A stretch of DNA of 63,975 nucleotides, counting the filler, from Fonticula-like sp. SCN 57-25 (taxonomy: Eukaryota): the NCBI GenBank assembly GCA_001724245.1. It is 3 parts of 3 records of this genome, joined end to end, with 100 filler letters (N's around TTAATTAATTAA, not from the genome) between each part and the next. Parts side by side here need not be neighbours in the genome. Positions count along the whole stretch, not along the records: positions 1 to 23,332 come from MEDX01000070.1; 2 more parts are not named here. One strand, given 5' to 3'. Under the pieces are notes generated by a model, which did no database searches, had not been told where the DNA came from, and saw nothing but the letters and a program-made list of their open reading frames with translations. Position 1 is the stretch's first letter, and each line of letters begins with the position of its first letter. Positions 12,101 through 23,432 of this stretch are shown in pieces. Position numbers and translations under genes: made by a program.

Positions 12101-15100
12101 GCTACGACGACGGCGACCCGCGCACGCAGCTCATGGAGTCTGCGCTCGACGGCCTCGCCGAGCTGTACAAGACGCTCTCCGAGGACGACTATTACTTTGG
12201 CCTCTGGCGTCGCCGCGCGCGCTACCCCGAGACCAACGCCGCGCTGTCGTACGAGCAGAACGGCATGTGGGCGCGCGCGCAGGACCTTTACCTGCAGGCC
12301 GCGAGCAAGGGCCGCGCCGGCACGCTCCCCTACAGCGAGGCAGAGTACCACCTCTGGGAGGAGCACTGGCTCGAGTGCGCCAAAAAGCTGCAGCACTGGG
12401 ACATTGTGCTCGAGTACGCCAAGCAGAGCCAGGACCCGCAGCTGCTCCTCGACTGCTGCTGGAAGCTCTCTGAATGGAAGACGCACTCGGAGACCATCTC
12501 GCAGTACGTCAAGACCAACGGGCACCTGCGCGACCCGCGCATCAAGATCCTCGAGTGCTTTGACGCGCTCTACACTTTCGAGACGCAGGACCCGTCGCAG
12601 CCAGTCCTCAAGCGCACCGACATCCAAAAGCTCATCGACGACGGTATCCAGTGGTCGCTGCACCGCTGGTTCAGCCTCCCCGAGACGGTCGCGCAGTCGC
12701 ACATCCCGCTGCTGCAGCAGTTCCAGCAGCTCGTCGAGCTTATCGAGTCGCAGCTCGTCCTCGCCGACCTCGTGCACACCAACCCGGGCGAGCGCAACGT
12801 GAACCGCCAGCAGGTCGTCGCCGACCTCAAGGGCGTTCTGTCGACGTGGCGCGAGCGCCTGCCCAACATTTGGGACGACATCAACGTGTGGAACGACCTG
12901 CTCAGCTGGCGCCAGCACATCTTCAACTCGATCAACGAGTCGTTCTCGTCGATCCTGGGCGACCAGGCGCAGCAGGGCAACTCGCTCGCCTTCCTCGGCT
13001 GCCACGAGATGGCCTGGACAATCAACCGCTTTGCCCATGTGGCACGCGCGCACGGCCTGCTCGACGTCTGCCTCAACTCGCTGGCAAAGATCTACACGCT
13101 GCCCAACATTGAGATCCAGGACGCGTTCCTCAAGCTGCGCGAGCAGGCAAAGTGCTACTTTAACCCGTCGCTCGAGCTCTCCATGGGCCTCGACATCATC
13201 AACAGCACCAACCTGACCTACTTCCAGGCTCACCAAAAGGCGCAGTTCTTTGCGCTCAAGGGCATGTTCCTCTTCAAGATTGGCATGCAGCAGGAGGAGA
13301 ACCGCGGTAGCTACCTCGAAAAGGCCAACGAGTCGTTTACGCAGTCGGTGCACACGTGCGACGTGATCCCCAAGAGCTGGACGTCGCTCGGCTCGTACCA
13401 CGACCACCTCTTCCGCGAAAAGCCGCGCGAGATGGCTCGCGGCGCCGACGCCATCAGCTGCTACCTGCACGCCGCCACGCTCGAGCGCCCCGACCGCTAC
13501 AAGAAGCTCCTCGCGCGCGTCCTCTGGATCCTCAGCTTGGACGACTCGACCGGCTTGCTCGCGCGCTCGTTCGAGCAGTACGCAGACACCGTCCCGCCGC
13601 ACTGCTGGATCCACTTTGTCCCGCAGCTCATCAACTCGCTCATGCGCGCCGAGATGCGCCAGGCGGGCCTCGTGCTCAACTCGGTTGCCCAGGCGTACCC
13701 GCAGGCGCTCTACTACTCGCTCAGGACCGCAATGTTTGACTTTAAGGAAAAGTTTGCCGTGCGCCCCGCGCCGCAGCAGGTCCAGCAGCAGCAGCAGATG
13801 CAGCAGCAGCAGCAAATGCAGCAGCAGCAGCAGGCCCAGCAGGCTCAGCAGCAGCACGCTGCGCAGGCCTCGACGCCCGTCAAGCAGGAGGGCCAGACGC
13901 CCGTCAAGGCTGAGGGCGACGCCGCTGCGCCGTCGGACGCTTCCGGCGCCTCGCAGGTCGACGTCGGCTCGCCGAGCGTCAACCAGGGCACGCCGGCCGC
14001 CGAGCCGGCCAACTCGCCGGCCATGCCCGCGATGGTGATGCCCGCGCGCCCCGTTGCGCCCGGCGTGCCTGGCGTGCCGCCGGCGATGGCCGCGCCCGGC
14101 AGCCCCGCTGGCGCCGTGCCCGTCTCGTCGCAGTCGGCCGCGGCAGCGGCGGTCGCGTCCGCCAACGCCGCGGCTGCCGCCGCCGCGGGCGGCCACCCCG
14201 CCCGCCAGGTGATGAACGCGCCGCCGCTGCAGATGGTGTACGACATTGTGAGCAAGCTCAAGATGACCAACATGATGGTCGTCATGTCGCTCGAGACCAT
14301 CATCGAGGAGCTCGCGAACCGCTTCAAGCCAATGACGGAAGAAGAGCTCTTCCGTATTGTGCAGACGCTTCTCCACGAGTCGTTCCAGCAGTCCATCTCG
14401 CGACTCGCAGAGGGCAACCTCAACATGGAGCAGCTCCCGTCGTCGCTCGAGATCAACATTGTCAAGATCTCGAAGCAGTTCCTCAGCGCGTCGCCGACGC
14501 ACAGCCGCTTCAAGACGACGTTTGACAATGACTTTTTGCTGTCAAAGCCCACTTTTGCGCAGGTCATCGAGTCGCTGCGCCGCTGGCGCGACAAGCTCCA
14601 CCTCGCCATCGAAAAGGTATTTCTATATTGCTATTTTTTGTTGCCTTTTGTGGTTTTGTTATAGTTGCTGACTCGTCGTGCTAGCTGCCGCGTTCGATGA
14701 GCCTCGACCAGGTAAGCCGCCAGCTCGTCGAGTTCCAGCGCATCAAGTACGAGGAGGTGGACGTGCCCGGGCAGCTCATGCTCGCCCGCGACCTGCAAGA
14801 GGTCAAGGAGTTCCCCAAGATCGAGCGCTTCCAGCCGACGGTCAACATTGTCCGCAAGGTGCGTTTTTTAATCTTTTTCCGGCCTTTCCCGCTTTGCTTA
14901 CATTTTGTTTAGCACGGCACGTCGTACCGCCGCCTGACGATCCGCGGCTCGAATGGCAAGATGTACCCGTTCATTGTGCAGCACTCTTCGTCGCGCCACG
15001 CGCGCACCGAAGAGCGCGTCATCCAGCTCTTCCGCATCCTCAACGAGACGCTGGAGCGCAAGAAGGAGACGCGCAAGCGCTCGCTCGGCTTCCACACGCC

Positions 15101-16206
15101 CGCCATGATCCCGCTCAACCCGCACGTCCGCATCGTGCAGGACGACCCGAGCTACATGTCGCTGGTGCGTGTCACTTTCTTTCCGCCTTTTTTGTGTTGC
15201 TCACCGCTGGTGGCATGCAGGAGGACGTTTTCCTTGACCACTGCGCGACGGCTGGCCTGCAGACCGACCTGCCCATCATGACCTTCCACGAGCGCCTGCG
15301 CGCACTGCAGCAGCAGCCGCTCGCCACGCCCAACCGCGAAAAGGTATGGCATTCCCGCTCATTAATCATGAGCCGCCGCTGACGCACATCACAGCTCGAG
15401 TACTTGACGCACCGGCTGGACATTTTCGCCGACATTTCGTCGACGATTGTGACGCCCGACCTGCTTTCCAAGTTTGTGCAAAAGTCAATGTACAACGCGG
15501 CGGACCTGTGGCTGTTCCGCAAGCAGTTTACGTCGCAGCTCGCGACGGCCACGTTCATGACGTACTGCATGCACATTGGGCACCGCATGCCGCACCTGCT
15601 GACCTTTTCGCGCACGACCGGTCACATCCTCGCGAGCGACCTCTTCCCTGGTACGCGCGCGCGCCTCTTTTTGTGCCTCTGAGCTCACATTTGACGCGCC
15701 TTTTCACTCCAGCCCTCAATGTTGCCGGTCAGCTTGAGAGCGCCGAGCCCGTTCCGTTCCGCCTGACGCCCAACCTGCAGCACTTTGTGACGCCCGTCGG
15801 CATCGAGGCGCACTTTGGCTCGTCGCTCATGGCCATCGGCCGCACGCTCGCCGAGCCCGAGTTTGCCCTGTCGGATCTCATCGCCATCTTTTTGCGCGAC
15901 GAGGTCATCTCGTGGCTTTCGGTCCAGCGCCACGTCGGCCCTGAGGTGCCCCCGGAGGTGCCGCTGCGCGACCGCGTCAGGGTGAACGTCGAGCACGTCA
16001 ACAGCCGCGTCCGCAACTTTGCCTGCCTCCAGCCGCCGTCCGACAAGGTACGACGCGCGAACGAAATGCATGAAAGTTTTGCTGACTTTGCGCAGTTTGG
16101 TACGGCTCCGCAGCCTGTGAACCAGCAGATCGTGCGCCTCGTGTCGGCCGCGACCAACCCGCAGCAGCTGTGCCAGATGGACCCGACGTGGCACCCGTGG
16201 CTCTAG
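3137..16206 (+). CDS. TRA1: Tra1/TRRAP PIKK-family pseudokinase (SAGA/NuA4 scaffold), multi-exon
   Basis: Conserved segments ENEDNAAVCLRIIIELHKNFR, SFKVLTECPILIVLLFQLY, LFVELCLTVPVRLSALLP, LVSQGLRTLELCIDNL, WRERLPNIWDDINVWNDLLSWRQH, IYTLPNIEIQDAFLKLREQAKC, EPVPFRLTPNLQ and the FATC end MDPTWHPWL*. Includes one exon of about 9.7 kb. Confidence 0.97.
4336..4397. repeat. Degenerate ~11-nt tandem repeat (GAAAA-T-RRTG-like) inside a TRA1 intron
   Basis: gaaaattagtgaaaaattagtgaaaaatgaatggaaaatgagcgaaaaatgagtggaaaatg. Confidence 0.6.
5557..5670 (+). repeat. Coding tandem repeat (CAGGGCCAGATG)n encoding QGQM units in Tra1
   Basis: Translates QQQQAQQQGQMQGQMQGQMPGQQMQGQMQGQMQGQIQG. A second polyQ/QM tract lies near 13774-13854. 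Confidence 0.85.
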
Positions 16207-16496
16207 ATCATTGTCTTATTATGGTGAACGATTTTTTGTACAGCATCACTCTATATTCTGGACGAGCAATACGAATTCTATCAGTATTATATATGCGCGT
16301 GTTTGCGTGATATGGTTTTACTCGCTAGTGGTATAAAGTCATTGGAATACCACATTGCTTCTATCATTTCATCTGGCCATATGATATCGGCGAATGTTCG
16401 TTATGAACGGCGGCCGCTAAAGTTGTAGCTGATCAAAAAAGAGAGCACAGAATAGTTTTTGCTTTTGTATTACAGAATGCATACACGAATACCATC

Positions 16497-17557
16497 TTAG
16501 AAGGTGGTGTTCGGGCGGGCAGCCTTGAAGGTCGTGCGGAACGACTTGGACGAAGCACGGATCTGGCGGTGAGGAAGGGGGAAGCGGATCTTCGAGTTCT
16601 GTTGCATCAAGAGTCAGCCAACTGATCAAAGCCAGTGAAAAAGTAAAGGCACGCACGAGGAACTGCTGGATGTACGGGCGCTTGACATCCTCGCCCTTGA
16701 GGAGCTGGGCGACGCGGATGATCTGAATAGAGCGGAAGCGGGCGCGGTGGCGGGCAGCCATATCCTGGTCTGTAAATCGAAATCACATCAGCAACACAAA
16801 CGTAAAAGCCGAATGAAAACGCACAGCAGGCGGCAATGGCATCAGCGCGCGAGAGCTCGCGGTACTCCTTGTACATGTTGTGGGTGCCGCTGCGCGAATC
16901 GTAGCGGATCCAGACACCAAAGTTCTTCACCGTGGTCGGCTTGCGCTCGAAGATCTCCGAAACGCGGAGGATCTCACCGTGGGCGCGCTTAAGGTTCTTA
17001 AGGCGCTTCATAAAGTACCAGTACTTGCTCTTGGCGACGAGCTCATTGGGCGCAAAGACCTGCATGCGGAAGATCTTGGGCTTCGGCTCGGCCTCCGTGG
17101 GGAGGGGACGGCCCACAACCAAATACTCATGGAACTAGACAAAGGAACATACGATGTTTAGCACGGATGCGCGCAGAGAGGCGGGGAACAAGGATGCAGA
17201 TGCTGCGGATGCAGCGATGCGCCGGATACTCATCAACTACGACACGGCACACACACCAACATCCACGGCACAGACAGGTCAAACAGGCCCGACATCCAGT
17301 CGAGTAAGCGAGCGGGGTGCCACTACAGTGCTCCGCATCCAGCACGGATACGGTATTCAGCCCAGCAGAGCGCTCCCCGCAACCTACAGCGAGTGGATGC
17401 CTGCTGCACTCCGGCGGATGCACTCCGTCGCACACAAGCTAGAACCCCATCCATCTGCTCATCCCCATAACAAAAGCGATGCATCCACCGACGCGCAACA
17501 TTCGCGTTGGTGCAGACAGCACGCCGCAGATCTCCCCATAGCACGTACGTTGCCCAT
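16497..17557 (-). CDS. RPL20: 60S ribosomal protein eL20 (L18a/L20)
   Basis: Exon 1 MGN, then a ~410-nt intron, then [41 protein letters not shown]...[23 protein letters not shown]...[15 protein letters not shown]...RPNTTF*. Confidence 0.96.
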
Positions 17558-17755
17558 GGTGATGCTCCGACACTAGTGGATGCGCCGGGATGCGAAAGAG
17601 GATGTTCACCAGCCGAGTGGCCAGCGATTTGATTGAAATCGACACAATATTGTGGCAGGCTTGTGGCCGATTGTCATGATTGTCACAGGCTTGTGGGATT
17701 TGGCGCCAACAGTGCCGTTGTAACATCCAACACGGACCAGGGAGCCTCGCCAACG

Positions 17756-19632
17756 ATGGAGTCGCCAAACGTGGTCGCGGATGGGTGGATCCTGGACTAT
17801 TTGGCGCATCAGGTAGTCAAGACATTTGTTGTTACCGGTGCGGATGAGGACAACTGGGCCGAGCTGCTGCAGTGTACGGCGCTACTCTTGAGAGGCGGTC
17901 AGTCATGCTAACGGTGACGTGCAGCGTTTCTCCTGCAGGTCAAGAAGACCCGCGACAGAGTTACACCGACTGCGACGATGCACACCAGGCTGCTTTTTGC
18001 CAAGCTCATTGGCCTTGTCTGGCTGAATGAGCCGAGGGACTTGCACCTGGCCATCCCGGTGTTTCTCGAGATGCATTCGAATCAGGAGCTTCGCACGCAG
18101 CCCGTGATCTCGCTTCTGCTCATGCTATGCACGCAGGCAGTGCTCCGCCAGATGGATAGCAAAACGAGCGCAAAGGCTTTCTTTAACATGGTTGAGCGCG
18201 CCTTTGAGCCTGGTCTGCAGCTGTGCCGCGAGCTGAATCTGCCACAGGATTGGCAGCACATCTTTGAGGATGCCATCAAGGAGGTGCGTGCCGTTTTGTA
18301 AGATGGTCCGCTCTGCTAACACTGGCTTCTCGCCAGCTCATTAATATTGTGGATTCCGAAAATAGCGAAATTTACCTAGATGTTCTGGACGAACTGCGCG
18401 AGAAGCACGACGAGTCTGTTTTCCGTCGCCAGCTGATCGGCCACATTCGCGACAAAGCCAGCCAACTGGATCACCCCGTGATCCTCCAGCTGGCCGCGTC
18501 GGACAGCGCAGCCCCCTCTGCAGCTTCCTTTTCGCGTGCTCCCGGCATTAATTCCATTGGGTACGCGCTTGTCGCCAATGTCCGCGGCCGCTGATCCGCT
18601 CTTGCAGAACCCAGCCAGTCGGCCTCCAGGCCCTTCGCGCCAATTTCCGCGGCACAGAGGCCGAGTGGCAGCGCGTCATCGACATGCGCCACCGCGATGT
18701 TCAGCAATTCTACTCGGACGCACGGGACGCGCCCATGTCGCGGCGGACGCCCCTGCGCGGTTCGTCCCATGCTTGCCTTCATTCTACTCTAACCTCTTGA
18801 GCGCAGACTATGCCGGGGACGGCTACGGTGACCGCAGCTTTGCGGCCGACTACGACCGCCGCCCGATTACCCGCCCGTTTTCGTCGTTCCGCTACGACGG
18901 CGACCTTGAGAGCGACTCGTACTCTCGGCGGTCCGCCCCCCCGCCGCGCCTTCTGCCGCCGGTGGAGCAGCCGCGCCAGTTCGAGGTCGCGCGCCAGCTG
19001 CAAGCCTCGCGCCAGCAGCTCATGTCAATGGTGAATGACCCGCTCGAGGAGATTGAGCGCTCGATGACGGGGGCGCGCCCGGTGAGCGTCTCGACGTACA
19101 TCTCGCCGGTCAAGCGCTCGGCGCCGCGCCCCGTCGCGCCCCCGAGCGACGACGTGGAGGCCGAGGCCGAGGAGGACGAGGAGGAGGAGGAGCGCGCCGA
19201 GAGCTCGGCGGCGGCCGCCCGTCGTGCGCGCCGCCCGGTGCAGCCGCTTCAGATGCAGCGCGACGACGAGAGCGAGGAGGAGGCGCAGGCGAGCGGCGAC
19301 GACGAGGCGCCCAAATCGTCGCCTACCAAGCGCGTCAAGCGTACGCAAAATTTTCTGCCATATTTTTATTATTTTGCTGACGTGTGTGGCCAGTCCGCGA
19401 TGCTGACACGTCACACGTGTCGCCGCTCAAGCGTGACAAGGGAATCGGCAAGCGCGTAAAGTTCCAGCCGTGGGAGGTGAGCAATTTGCTCGAGGGCGTT
19501 CGCCAGCACGGCCGCAATTGGGAGATGATTCGCGCGCTGTACAAGTTCCAAGGGCGCACGGGCGTGGACCTCAAGGACAAGTACCGCAATCTGCAAAAGG
19601 TGGGCGCCATCCCCAAGAGCCCGTCACATTAA
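17756..19632 (+). CDS. Telomere-repeat-binding factor-like protein: N-terminal TRFH-like domain, low-complexity linker, C-terminal telobox Myb
   Basis: C-terminus RVKFQPWEVSNLLEGVRQHGRNWEMIRALYKFQGRTGVDLKDKYRNL matches the telobox. N-terminus VADGWILDYL...LCTQAVLRQM...VERAF...LINIV...HPVILQLAA resembles TRF1/TRF2 TRFH helices in order. Confidence 0.75.
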
Positions 19633-19850
19633 GGCTTTTAAGTATCACGAAACGTGTCAATTTCTTTGTATTACGCATTTGCTCTCGTCTTTTAATGTAC
19701 ATGCCAGTATGGATACGAGATATCTATGGTTAGAGTGCCACAATTATATGCCGACATAATACCCAGATCTGAAGCATATCTGTGACTCGTCCGCAGGCCT
19801 GATTTGGATTTGCTGACAAGGCGTGCCACGTCAAGTGTTCAAGTGTCGCG

Positions 19851-20654
19851 ATGGCGCTCCTCGGTTGGATCCAGTATTTCTTGTACTTGCTTGGGTTGTA
19901 CAGGCGGAACGCCACCATTGTCTTGTTGGGTACGTGCTGCTTTCCCATATATTGTGTTCTGATCGTTGTCGAGTAGGTTTGGACAATGCCGGGAAAACAA
20001 CATTGCTGTGCGAACCGTAACCCCGCCAAGATTTGCAGGCTAACGCGTGCACTAGGTACAAGCTCCGCGATGGCGTAGTCAAGTCATTTATCCCGACTCA
20101 GCGTGCCGCCGCGCATGAAATTGTACGCCCTTGTCTTCTGCCGCGTCCGCACTCTTCTAACTCGATGGCAGCAAATGGGCGCCCTCTCGATCAAGGCGTG
20201 GGATCTCGGAGGCCATGAGGTAGTGCGCGAGCTTTGGGCGGACTACTTTGCCGAAGCAGACGCTATTGTGTATATGGTTGACAGCGCGGACCACGAGCGC
20301 CTTGAAGGTACGCTATTGTGATTTTCGTTTTCGTGCATTGTTAACACGCGTCATGTCGCAGAGAGCGCGCGGGAACTCGAGGGTCTCATGGAGGTGCCCG
20401 AATTGAGCAAGGCGCCCATCGCCATCCTCGCCAACAAAAAGGACCTTCCTGTGCGCCACGTCCCTTTCTCTTTCGTTTTGCTCACCCTTTCTTCCTACCC
20501 ACAGGGCTCGATCTCCAAGAACGAGCTGATCCGCGCGTTCGATCTTGAGGCGACGCTTGCTAACCCCTCGCGGCCAATAGCCGTTTTCCGGACGTCGACT
20601 ATCGAGGGAAGCGGCTACGGTGAGGCATTCCAATGGTTATCCGGTTTAATATAA
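19851..20654 (+). CDS. Sar1-related small GTPase (ARF family), probably the SarB-type paralog
   Basis: MALLGWIQYFLYLLGLYRRNATIVLLGLDNAGKTTLL, WDLGGH (Sar1-type His), ANKKDLP and GSGYGEAFQWLSGLI*. No Gly2 myristoylation site. Confidence 0.8.
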
Positions 20655-20771
20655 AAAGTGGTATAACAAATGGTTTATCACTGCCATGATGAAAATATGC
20701 TGTAAAATGAATATTCATGATTAATAGCTCTGTAGCCTCCATTTCGGTTTAGCTGACGCGTCCGACTCGGC

Positions 20772-22193
20772 CTAAAAGATACTGCACGAGGGCGACTTGG
20801 GCCGCTCACTGCGCGCGGGCGCCGGCGTCGGTTGCGACTGCGCGTTGGCCGACCTCGCGGTCGGGCGCTGCGCCGCCCCATTGGCCGCACTGCTGCTCAC
20901 CGCCGGCCTCGCCTGAGGAGCTTGATGGGCCGCCGCCGTCACAGGAGTGGGCTGGCTGGCGCGCGCCAGCCGCTCGGCGTGCTTCCGGTCCTCCTCCTCC
21001 TGCAGCCGCCGCGCAAACGCAAAGCTAAACCAGGGTGAGCGGAGAGATACGCGAAAGGGCCGCAGCTGCGCACTCGTCTTCCGCCTCGTTGGCCGCCTCG
21101 ACGGGCGATGTCGCGGGCAAAGGGCGATCAGCGCGCACCTCAAAATTGGAGTCGACAAAGCGACCGCTGTCGGCCACGTCAATGAGCTGCTGCCATCTTT
21201 TCGCCGTGCGAGTTAGCTCACAAAACGATGTGCAAAAGGGACGCACACAACAGTCTCAAAGAGAAAGCCCTCATCCGTCAAGAGGACGTAGAGCATCCCG
21301 TCCCGCTTGAGCATCGTGTTAAAGTGGTTGTTGCGGAACAGGACGGCGATCTCGCCGTCAGACATTTGGTTGAAAAGCGCGGCAATGCCGCTCGGCGTCA
21401 ACTGGGACGCCGTCCTGTTAAGAAAGTCCTGCACGGCGGACGCTGCGGCATCAGGGGTCAGCACAGAGCGGATGCAGGAACTGAGCCGTACCATTGTCCC
21501 CGCCGCTGATGGCGAGTTCGACGGCCTGGTTGTACCCGCACGCCTAAGGAAAACTGAGCGACGGCGACAAAGGAGCTAACTGTGCGTACCTGTAGCGTCT
21601 CGTACACGTCGCTGTCCTGATCCTTGTCGGGGATCCACCCGTGCAGCAGCTGAATCTGAAGCAGGTCAAACACGGCCAACTCGGGCGTAAACTCAAAGTC
21701 TGACGACCTGCGGGCAGCATGAGCAAATAGGCCATTCGCATATAAACGTACTTTGAGTACTTGACATTCACGTCAAGTCCGGTTTGGAGCTTGGGAAAGA
21801 CATTCATGACGTCCGTGACGTTCTGTTGAAAGATGGCGCGCTGCTCCTCGCCGAGGGACTGGGCGCGAGATCGTTTAGTCAGGCATAGCCGGGGCAGGGG
21901 GCCGCGTACTTCCGCGAGGTTCATCAAATGGTCTGCCACAAGCGTCACGAGCTTTTGGTAGGAGACCTCGGTGGTCTCGAACGGTAGTGAGATCTTGCTT
22001 CGAAGCAGTAGCACATTGGCTGCCCGCGGACATTACGTCAGCGATCTGGGCGGATCTAGTGGCTATGCGCACCAATAGAAATAAGCGGGCACGGCCCATT
22101 CTTGTTTTGCGTCACGATTCTCAGCGGCTGCTCGCACCACTGGATCGCCTTGAGCCTGTACACGTCGTCAGGCCCGCTGCTGCTTCTCTCCAT
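20772..22193 (-). CDS. MINDY1: MINDY-1/2 family (Miy1-like) deubiquitinase with MIU and C-terminal CAAX (CSIF)
   Basis: YRLKAIQW...IVTQNKNGPCPLISI (catalytic Cys), LQTGLDVNV, LLHGWIPD, TASQLT, VLFRNNHF (catalytic His), LYVLLTDEGF, LQEEED, ending PSCSIF*. Confidence 0.92.
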
Positions 22194-22348
22194 CTTGGCA
22201 GGTCAAGCTTGGTCGGCCTATAAGATGACGTGTAGCCGATCCTGATTCAATCCCGATCTAAATCCGGATCGACGGGATTGCACATTTTTCTCGTCTTTGT
22301 TTAGTCCCCCAACCTCCTGTCGGTCAAGGCAAGGAAAGGCATTCGAAC

Positions 22349-23332
22349 ATGGGTTTCAAGACGTGCGGCCCTGACGGCGCGCTTGTAAAGTCGGGCTTGG
22401 GCCTTACTGAGCCTATCATTGTTGCTGGTGGATATGTGTGGACGTGGCCCTGTGTCCAGAAGGTGCGTGCTTTGGCGCTCTGAAGCGCGTCGTTGACCAA
22501 CGTACCCCGTCCTTTCTTGTAGGTTGAGCGTCTTGACCTCCGCATCATGACGCTGGACATCAACAGTCCGGTCGTGTACACCAAGCAGGGTGTCCCGATT
22601 TCGGTCAACAGCATTGCCCAGGTCAAGATTTCCCCGTGCGTGTCCCCTTCCTTTCCCCTCCCGTTCCGATTGACTATGCTGACTTTCTGCGTTCCGATGC
22701 AGTGAGAAGGAGGCGCTCAAGATCGCCGCCGGCAACTTTTTGGGCATGTCGCGCCAGATGGTTGGCCGCGCTGCCGAGCACACGCTCGAGGGTCACCAGC
22801 GCGCCATTCTCGGCACGCTCACGGTCGAGGAGGTTTTCCAGGATCGTGAAAAGTTTGCTTCGGAAGTGACGGACACTGCCGCCAAGGAGATCACCGCGAT
22901 GGGCCTCGAGATCATCAGTTTCACCATCAAGGACGTGTTTGACGCCGAGGGCTACCTCAACTCTCTCGGTAAGAAGCGCACGGCCGAGGTGAAGCGTGAT
23001 GCGCGCATCGGTGAGGCTGAGGCTGAGCGTGATGCCGGCGTTCGCGAGGCCGAGGCGAACCGCGAGAAGATGGCGCGGCGGTACGAGGCCGAGATCGCCA
23101 TCGCCGACGCGCAGCGCAAGTTCCAGCTGCAGAAGGCGGGCTTTGAGAACGAGATCAACGCCGAGGTCGCCAAGTCGGCCCTCGCCGCCGAGCTCCAGCA
23201 GGCCAAGACGCGGCAGGAGATCAAGAAGGAGTCGATGGAAGTCGAGGTCGTCGTCCGCAAGAAGAAGATTGAGATCGAAGAGCAGGAAATTATCCGCCGC
23301 GAAAAGGAGCTCGAGGCCAGCGTCAAGAAGCC
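22349..23332 (+). CDS. Flotillin (SPFH + flotillin coiled coil), truncated at contig end
   Basis: MGFKTCGPDGALVKSG...VYTKQGVPISVNSIAQVKI...TLEGHQRAILGTLTVEEVFQDREKFA...GLEIISFTIKDV...AEVKRDARIGEAEAERDA. Confidence 0.93.
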
Positions 23333-23432
23333 NNNNNNNNNNNNNNNNNNNNNNNNNNNNNNNNNNNNNNNNNNNNTTAATTAATTAANNNNNNNNNNNN
23401 NNNNNNNNNNNNNNNNNNNNNNNNNNNNNNNN
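23333..23432. other. Artificial contig linker (N44-TTAATTAATTAA-N44)
   Basis: Fixed 100-nt spacer with stop codons in all six frames. Unrelated partial genes flank it. Confidence 0.95.

Noticed and set aside
10669-14502. 1277-aa minus-strand ORF, and other long antisense ORFs such as 4408-6591, 6393-8018, 29104-30708 and 55371-57581
   Set aside because: Shadow ORFs opposite well-supported genes. Strong GC3 codon bias removes antisense stops, and the translations show no recognisable domains.
15540-15650. Missing catalytic DRH/DFG residues in the PIKK domain, suggesting a pseudogene
   Set aside because: Tra1/TRRAP is a known pseudokinase, and the reading frame and FATC end are intact.
17135-17548. 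Intronic snoRNA in the long RPL20 intron
   Set aside because: I could not identify a convincing C/D box pair with terminal stem or an H/ACA structure by eye. An Infernal/snoscan search is needed.
23333-23432. TTAATTAATTAA flanked by Ns as a possible piggyBac TTAA site or biological repeat
   Set aside because: An identical 100-nt construct occurs twice and has stops in all six frames, so it is an assembly linker.
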